A stretch of 13,911 nucleotides of DNA from the NCBI GenBank assembly GCA_965662175.1, contig CBFIGT010000061.1, forward strand, positions 1 to 13,911, read 5' to 3'. This DNA is from Arcobacter sp. (GTDB taxonomy: Bacteria > Campylobacterota > Campylobacteria > Campylobacterales > Arcobacteraceae). Shown here one piece after another: positions 8,006-13,911 of the stretch; positions within the stretch are counted from its first letter, which is position 1, and every line of letters begins with the position of its first letter. Position numbers and translations under genes: made by a program. Below the pieces are notes generated by a model that saw only the letters and a program-made list of their open reading frames with translations, was not told the origin of the DNA and searched no databases.

Positions 8006-10456
8006 ATGACTAAAGAATTCGCAAACTCAAACTTTTCCCTTACAACAAAAGAAGAATTTTCTAATCTTGAAGATAGTGAAATTGTAAAAGTTATAAAAAA
8101 ATATAATGTTATCAATAATGAGGATAAATTACTTGATTCAAGTGAGAACAATTACCTATCTTTAATCAATTATATTGATAATCTTTATTATAAAAAACAA
8201 GATATTCCAGAAGATTTAAAAAATATAATTCAAAATCATATATATTTTAATAAGTACTTAGTTCAATATATTGATAAGAAAATTGAGTTTCTTTTAAAAA
8301 ATGGTTCAGCTATATTTTTTAAAGAGATAATTTCAATAATTAACTTACTCTCAGATGGAAATAATTATAAAATATTTGAAAATTATAATACATATAATTA
8401 TGAACAAATTAAAGAGTTGTTTAGAAATTATGAAAAAAACTTAAGCAATATAAATGAAGATAATGAAGAGTTTTTTGATGCAAAATTTAATTGTTATACC
8501 TCCCTTTTAAAAGTTTATACAAAACTTTGTTTAATAAACTCTATTGATATAAAAAGAAAACAAACAATAACTCCAATAATTGAGATTTTGACAGAAACTA
8601 TAAATATACTTAAGTTTACTACTAAATTAAAAGAACACAATTTAAAAAAACTAAATAATACCCTTGGGCAGTTGCTATATTATTTTTCCCATTTACCTTT
8701 TATAAACTCAAATGGAAAGGATTTAAACTATTTAATTGATGAGTATTATTTACTCTTTGAAAAAATCAGTGATGGATATAGCACTTCAAAAGATATGGAT
8801 TTTGCTGGTAATAGTAACTTAAAAGATGAAGAGTATTTGAGATTTAGAAACAACTCCTCTTATTTGCTTTTGATTATGTTAAAAAAGCTTTATGAGAACT
8901 TTGACAAAAATGAGTATTTTATTTGTAACTCTTTTAAAAAATGTATGCTTTTATATGAAAAAAACTTTAATGTTTCATTTATAAAAGATGAAAAAATTAC
9001 TCTTGAATCTTTTAGAAATGATTTATTAAACTCTTTAGCCCTGACTTATGAAACGCAAAATCATAAAATAGGTGAGATAAAAGAGTATAAAAAGGCTATT
9101 AGTGATTTTATTTTAGAGTCTGATAATTTTGATATTCATAACTTAGAAACAATTCATGATATTTTACTTTTAGCTGAGATGATTGAGGATTATACTCATA
9201 TTAATATTGGTGAAACACTAATTAATTCACCACTTATAAAAAATGATTATTATGAGTTTTATAAACTTAAAACACTTGATATTATCCTAAATCATTTGAC
9301 TAAAAATAGTCCAAAAGATTCCCACAAAGCTTTTGTTAAAAATATCTACAAATATATAGAAAAGTACAAAGTAGCTTCACATTTGATGCCTATGTTCTCA
9401 AAACTATATTTAAGTATTGCACTTTTTTACTCAAAATTAGGTGATAATGAGTCTATTCAAGAGGCTAGAGATATTTATGCAATGTTTATAAATATTAATG
9501 GATATGAACTACTTAAAAATGAGTATAAATATATTGACCAAAATCTATTAAAAGAGTTTGGGAAGTTTCATTTAGTTGAACTTAATTTTGATGAAAAAGA
9601 GATGAGTAATAGTGAGCTAATAAAATTAGGTAAAATTGGAACTAAAAATTATTTAAAATATAAAGAATTAAAAATAAAATACCAAATAAATAAAGATTTA
9701 ACAAAAATCACAAATGATATTTTAAATATAGACAATTTGGATTATGAAAAACTAAATAATGAGATTTGCTCACTATTAACAGAACAAATCTTTTATGGAA
9801 TCGCTGAAATATCTATTCTTGGATTAACAAGGAAAAACTCTTTGATTGTTGATGAGGGTTATAAAAAACATTTAATAGAGATTAATGAAAACTACACTAT
9901 TCAGTTTATTTTTCCTGCTGTTTATGAAGATAACTTTAGATATATTTTAAATGAAAACAAAGAGTTTATTGTAAAAAATTTAAAAAATATACTTTCAAGC
10001 TACAAAAAAGAGAGTATTACTTTTATTAACAATACAACAGGTTTAGAAAATATTCACAAGCTTCTTTTAGATTTAAAATCTCTTGAGGGTAAAAATATTG
10101 TATTTTTGCAAATTTTTCTAAAATCTCTATCTACTATAAATATGCAGTATGGATTTAAAGTTGGAGAAAAATATTTAAACACTATTATTAGAAAACTTTC
10201 TACTATAATAAGTGATGATGATATTTTATACTACTTAAATGATGGGAAAATTGGCTTATACTTAGATAACAAGGATAAGGTTAACACAATTACAGATAAA
10301 ATATTTAAATTTAAACTTCATAAAAATGGTGAAGAATTGGATATTGATTTTGTAATTAGCGTAACAATAAGCAAAAATAATGTTTATATTAAATCATTGG
10401 ATACCTTGGATAAGGCAATAATAAGTAAAAATAATCTATTATTTTATGAACAATAG
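8006..10456 (+). CDS. Large soluble, probably helical protein with a C-terminal degenerate GGDEF-like domain
   Basis: The C-terminal ~145 aa show GGDEF landmarks: NNTTGLEN (D-x-LTGLxN), INMQYGFKVGEKYL (IND-x-YGH-xx-GD-xx-L) and YYLNDGKIGL in place of R-x-GGDEF. The N-terminal ~600 aa have no motif I recognise and no clear TM segment. Confidence 0.7.
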   Translation: MTKEFANSNFSLTTKEEFSNLEDSEIVKVIKKYNVINNEDKLLDSSENNYLSLINYIDNLYYKKQDIPEDLKNIIQNHIYFNKYLVQYIDKKIEFLLKNGSAIFFKEIISIINLLSDGNNYKIFENYNTYNYEQIKELFRNYEKNLSNINEDNEEFFDAKFNCYTSLLKVYTKLCLINSIDIKRKQTITPIIEILTETINILKFTTKLKEHNLKKLNNTLGQLLYYFSHLPFINSNGKDLNYLIDEYYLLFEKISDGYSTSKDMDFAGNSNLKDEEYLRFRNNSSYLLLIMLKKLYENFDKNEYFICNSFKKCMLLYEKNFNVSFIKDEKITLESFRNDLLNSLALTYETQNHKIGEIKEYKKAISDFILESDNFDIHNLETIHDILLLAEMIEDYTHINIGETLINSPLIKNDYYEFYKLKTLDIILNHLTKNSPKDSHKAFVKNIYKYIEKYKVASHLMPMFSKLYLSIALFYSKLGDNESIQEARDIYAMFININGYELLKNEYKYIDQNLLKEFGKFHLVELNFDEKEMSNSELIKLGKIGTKNYLKYKELKIKYQINKDLTKITNDILNIDNLDYEKLNNEICSLLTEQIFYGIAEISILGLTRKNSLIVDEGYKKHLIEINENYTIQFIFPAVYEDNFRYILNENKEFIVKNLKNILSSYKKESITFINNTTGLENIHKLLLDLKSLEGKNIVFLQIFLKSLSTINMQYGFKVGEKYLNTIIRKLSTIISDDDILYYLNDGKIGLYLDNKDKVNTITDKIFKFKLHKNGEELDIDFVISVTISKNNVYIKSLDTLDKAIISKNNLLFYEQ

Positions 10457-10464
10457 GGAAATAA

Positions 10465-11283
10465 ATGAAAAATGATATTATAGAAAAAATTGAATCTTTA
10501 CCACCATTACCAAATAGTGTTATTGAATTAGAAAATTTTAGAAGAAGTCCTGATAAAGAGCCATTGGAGCTTTTAAAGATTATTGAACAAGATCCTTTAA
10601 TTATTACTACTCTTTTAAGGGTTGCCAACTCTGCTATGTTTGGATTTAGAAGTGAAGTTGAAACTCCAAGTCGTGCGGTTAATTTATTAGGTATTAATTT
10701 TACAATTTCTATTGCTTTAGGAAGTGTTGTTCAAGATTTAATTAAAACTAACCTTTCACCTTATGGTATATCAACTGATGATTTTCTTATGACATCAAAT
10801 CTAGCTTCAACAATTATAAATAATTGGGTTGGAGATATTGATTTTGGTCTAAAAGAAGAGCTTCTTTTACCTGCATTCTTACAAGAAACAGGTAAGTTTA
10901 TTATCTCTGAATTAATACAAGAACAAGATAAAGTTGAAGAGTTTAAAAAAGCACTATTAACAGACAAACCACTTTCTGAAATAGAAGAGAGTTTTACAGG
11001 TTTTTCTTGTGCAAGAATTACTGCTAATATTTTCAAACATTGGAATCTAAGCCATAATCTAATTTTTACTATTGGTTTTGTAGGAAACTTAGAACAATGT
11101 CCTCAAGAATACAAAAGAAGAGTTAAAATTTTAGAAGTTATAAAAGTTTTATGTGACATTAGAGAACCTTTATCTGATCACAATATTACACGTGCTTTAG
11201 AACTTGCAAATAAGCATGGGCTTGAAGTTGAATCTCTAATTAGTACTATTGATAAAATTAGAGCAAAAATGGATGAAGAGTAG
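10465..11283 (+). CDS. Stand-alone HDOD domain protein
   Basis: LPPLP, IEQDPLI...LLRVANSAMFGF, AVNLLG, AFLQETGK and IFKHWNL. AGGGA SD, 8 nt after the upstream stop. Confidence 0.9.
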   Translation: MKNDIIEKIESLPPLPNSVIELENFRRSPDKEPLELLKIIEQDPLIITTLLRVANSAMFGFRSEVETPSRAVNLLGINFTISIALGSVVQDLIKTNLSPYGISTDDFLMTSNLASTIINNWVGDIDFGLKEELLLPAFLQETGKFIISELIQEQDKVEEFKKALLTDKPLSEIEESFTGFSCARITANIFKHWNLSHNLIFTIGFVGNLEQCPQEYKRRVKILEVIKVLCDIREPLSDHNITRALELANKHGLEVESLISTIDKIRAKMDEE

Positions 11284-11324
11284 CATTAACATAGCAATTA
11301 ATTTTTTGCTTTAAATAATATATA

Positions 11325-11342
11325 AGTAACATTTGTTATAAT
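11325..11342 (+). promoter_or_regulatory. Extended -10 promoter (TGTTATAAT) of ispDF-cemR-pgpA with an adjacent HP1021-box-like site
   Basis: TGnTATAAT at 11334-11342. AGTAACA at 11325-11331 (TGTTACT on the minus strand). GAGGGG SD at 11362-11367. Confidence 0.6.
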
Positions 11343-11369
11343 TTGTAACTTTTTTACACATGAGGGGAT

Positions 11370-12497
11370 TTGTTGTCTAAGGTTACATTACTTGTATTAT
11401 GCGCTGGTACTTCGTCTAGGTTTGGTTTAAGCGCCAAAAAACAATGGCTTCGTATTGATGATGAGCCTTTGTGGTTATATGTTACAAAACGTCTTTCTAC
11501 TTATTATGATTTTGATAATATTGTAATAACATCTTCAAAAGATGAACTCTCATATATGGAAAACTTTTCTGATGATTTTAGTTTTGTTCAAGGTGGAAAT
11601 ACAAGACAAGAGTCTATTTCTAATGCACTAAAAACAATCAATTCAGAATATATAATGGTTACTGATGTGGCTAGAAGCTGTGTACCTAAAGAGGTTATCA
11701 ATGAATTGATAGCAAATAAAGAAAAAGCTTCATGTATTGTCCCTATATTAAATGTTTCTGATACTGTTATATACGCAGGTGAAACCATAAATAGAGATGA
11801 AGTTAAACTTATTCAAACTCCACAACTATCTAATACTAAAATTTTAAAACAAGCTCTTGATACAAATATTGATTATACAGATGAGAGTTCAGCTATAAAA
11901 AGTATTAATGAATCTATTTTTTATATAAATGGTAGTGTTGAGAGTAAAAAATTAACTCACAATATTGATATAAAAGATTTACCTTGTTTAAAAGCTCCTT
12001 CAAAAAACTTTTTTACTGGATTTGGAATTGATATTCATCAGTTTGAAGAGAATAAAAAGATGTTTTTAGGTGGAGTTGAAATAGAGTCGAATTATGGTTT
12101 TAAAGCACATAGCGATGGTGATGTTTTAATACACTCTGTAATTGATGCACTTTTAGGGGCTTGTGGAGCTGGTGATATTGGTGAATTTTTCCCTGATAAT
12201 GATGAGCAGTACAAAGGTGCTGATTCTAAGGAGTTATTAAATCATATAGTAAAGTTTGTTTATAGTGTGGGATATGAGATTGTAAATATTGATTTAACAA
12301 TACTTGCTGAAAAGCCAAAAATTAATCCCCATAAAAATAGTATTAAATCAAAAATTGCAAAACTTCTAAATATAGAAAAACAGTTTGTAAATATAAAAGC
12401 AACTACATCAGAGAAGATGGGTTTTGTAGGAAGAGAAGAGGGAGTTGCTGTATATAGTGTAGCAACATTAAAATATTATGATTGGAAAAACATATGA
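11370..12497 (+). CDS. ispDF: Bifunctional MEP cytidylyltransferase / MECDP synthase IspDF
   Basis: IspD motifs AGTSSRFG...KQW, GGNTRQES, DVAR, QTPQ and TDESS. IspF motifs GIDIHQF, HSDGDVLIHSVIDALLGA and KATTSEKMGFVGREEG. TTG start with a good SD. Confidence 0.96.
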   Translation: MLSKVTLLVLCAGTSSRFGLSAKKQWLRIDDEPLWLYVTKRLSTYYDFDNIVITSSKDELSYMENFSDDFSFVQGGNTRQESISNALKTINSEYIMVTDVARSCVPKEVINELIANKEKASCIVPILNVSDTVIYAGETINRDEVKLIQTPQLSNTKILKQALDTNIDYTDESSAIKSINESIFYINGSVESKKLTHNIDIKDLPCLKAPSKNFFTGFGIDIHQFEENKKMFLGGVEIESNYGFKAHSDGDVLIHSVIDALLGACGAGDIGEFFPDNDEQYKGADSKELLNHIVKFVYSVGYEIVNIDLTILAEKPKINPHKNSIKSKIAKLLNIEKQFVNIKATTSEKMGFVGREEGVAVYSVATLKYYDWKNI

Positions 12498-13378
12498 ATA
12501 TATTAATTGTAGAAAATGAAATTTACTTAGCGCAAAAGGTTGTTTCTAGACTTTTAGATGATGGTCACTCATGTGATTTTGTTGAAATGCCAAATGATAA
12601 CCTAACAAAAGATTATGATATGGTTTTATTATCTACTTCACTTCCAAGTGAGCTTGTAAAAAAAACAATACATAGATTCAAAGATGCAATTATCATACTT
12701 CTTGTTTCATATATTAGTGATGAAACAGTAACTGAACCTATAAATGAGGGTGCAAAAGATTATATAATGAAGCCATTTATTATGGATGAGTTAGTTAGAA
12801 AAATCTATCACTTTAGAGAGTGTAGACAAATGAGACAAGAGCTACAAACAATGAAAACATATGTTGAGTTTTTGCTTGAAGAGATTGATACTACAGGTGT
12901 TAATATTTCCCATTCACTTCCGACTTTGGTTGAAACAAATTCACAAAGATGTACTGATAAATTAGCTTTTGAAATTTCTTCATCTTTAAAACTTCCTATA
13001 AGATTTATAGCTTGTACCAATCCAAATTGGCAAAAAGAGTTAGCAACTATTACAAATAAAGAGTTAGCTTATTTAACTGATTATCATGTATTAAAAAAAG
13101 CTGCTAAAGAGAATGTTTGTATTGCAATTGAGCATAAAAACTGTTTAATAAGCTCCCTAGAAAAAGAGAATGATTTTCCTTTTAATAAAATAGAGTTTAT
13201 GAGACCTGATATGGTTATGCTAAACAATAATATTATGACAATAAATGATTATGTAAAACTTATGGTTTTATCTTTCCAAACAAAATATCCAGATACTGAA
13301 CTATCTAAAAAACTAGGAATTTCTAGAAAATCACTTTGGGAAAAAAGAAAAAAACTTGGAATTGAGAAGAAAAAATAA
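12494..13378 (+). CDS. cemR: Atypical orphan response regulator, HP1021/Cj1608 (CemR) family
   Basis: Receiver domain ILIVENE...YDMVLLST, with Ser at the phospho-acceptor Asp position, and GAKDYIMKPF. C-terminal Fis-like HTH PDTELSKKLGISRKSLWEKRKK. It follows ispDF as in Campylobacter and Helicobacter. The ATGA overlap with the ispDF stop favours a start at 12494. Confidence 0.85.
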   Translation: MNILIVENEIYLAQKVVSRLLDDGHSCDFVEMPNDNLTKDYDMVLLSTSLPSELVKKTIHRFKDAIIILLVSYISDETVTEPINEGAKDYIMKPFIMDELVRKIYHFRECRQMRQELQTMKTYVEFLLEEIDTTGVNISHSLPTLVETNSQRCTDKLAFEISSSLKLPIRFIACTNPNWQKELATITNKELAYLTDYHVLKKAAKENVCIAIEHKNCLISSLEKENDFPFNKIEFMRPDMVMLNNNIMTINDYVKLMVLSFQTKYPDTELSKKLGISRKSLWEKRKKLGIEKKK

Positions 13379-13863
13379 TGAGAAAAGCATTTTTAACACT
13401 TTTTTATAGTGGACTAAGTCCAAAAGCACCTGGTACGGTAGGAAGTTTAGTAGCACTTTTTATGGGACTAGGACTTTTACTATATCTTCATGAATCAACA
13501 CTTTTTATGCTTTCAATTTTGATTACAGTTATTGCTGTAAAACAAATAGATATTTATGAAGCTGAAGTTGGTGTACATGATGGTAAAGAGATAGTTATTG
13601 ATGAGTTAGCTGGTATGTGGCTAGCTCTTTCTATTTGTGTGCCAAATCCACAAGATATGAATCATTTTATTATAATGGGAACTCTAGCCTTTTTATTTTT
13701 CAGACTTTTTGATATCTGGAAACCATCTATTATTGGTAAAATTGACCAAAAAGTAAAAGGTGGATGGGGAGTTATGGGTGATGATTTAGTTGCAGGATTA
13801 GCAGCTGGAATTGCTGCAGTTGGTGTTTATCAATTGATTGAGAAGTTTATATTAGCTAATTAA
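13378..13863 (+). CDS. pgpA: Phosphatidylglycerophosphatase A
   Basis: SGLSPKAPGTVGS, HDGKEIVIDELAG, FRLFDIWKP and GGWGVMGDDLVAG. TAATG overlap with the upstream stop. Confidence 0.96.
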   Translation: MRKAFLTLFYSGLSPKAPGTVGSLVALFMGLGLLLYLHESTLFMLSILITVIAVKQIDIYEAEVGVHDGKEIVIDELAGMWLALSICVPNPQDMNHFIIMGTLAFLFFRLFDIWKPSIIGKIDQKVKGGWGVMGDDLVAGLAAGIAAVGVYQLIEKFILAN

Positions 13864-13910
13864 TCCACATCATCAAATCTTAAACAAAGTATATTAACTA
13901 TTTTTTTTCT
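13860..13910 (-). CDS. Possible 3' end of a convergent gene entering from the right edge
   Basis: The minus frame reads ...RKKIVNILCLRFDDVD*, with its TAA overlapping the pgpA TAA. No terminator follows pgpA. Only 17 codons are visible. Confidence 0.25.
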   Translation of the reverse strand, partial: RKKIVNILCLRFDDVD

Positions 13911-13911
13911 A

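Noticed and set aside
8006..10456. Low GC of the 816-aa gene as a sign of a defence island or horizontal transfer
   Set aside because: No nuclease, ATPase or mobility motifs and no flanking repeats were seen. The low GC is explained by Asn/Lys/Ile/Tyr-rich composition in an AT-rich genome.
11293..11310. AGCAA...TTGCT hairpin after the HDOD gene as a terminator
   Set aside because: Only a 5-bp weak stem, too little to support a call.
10389..13020. Minus-strand ORFs 10389-10628, 10761-11036, 11588-11788 and 12808-13020
   Set aside because: Antisense shadows of strongly supported plus-strand genes.

Overview
AT-rich bacterial chromosomal window. Gene content and order (mrp ... ispDF, HP1021/Cj1608-type regulator, pgpA) point to Campylobacterota, plausibly Arcobacteraceae; this is an inference. 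The minus strand carries, in transcription order: thiC; mrp/apbC; a compact three-gene redox operon (2x[4Fe-4S] ferredoxin, 4-His di-heme-b membrane protein, Tat-exported FrdA/AprA-superfamily flavoprotein with a remodelled active site); and a coupled pair of PLP trans-sulfuration enzymes. The second of that pair runs off the window, is absent from the ORF track, and resembles fungal Str2-type cystathionine gamma-synthase. The plus strand carries an 816-aa helical protein with a degenerate GGDEF domain, an HDOD protein, and the ispDF-cemR-pgpA operon. The best candidate for an undescribed system is the periplasmic flavoprotein/ferredoxin/cytochrome b module at 2547-5141, whose substrate is probably not fumarate or succinate. 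No mobile elements, CRISPR arrays, tRNA or rRNA genes were seen.
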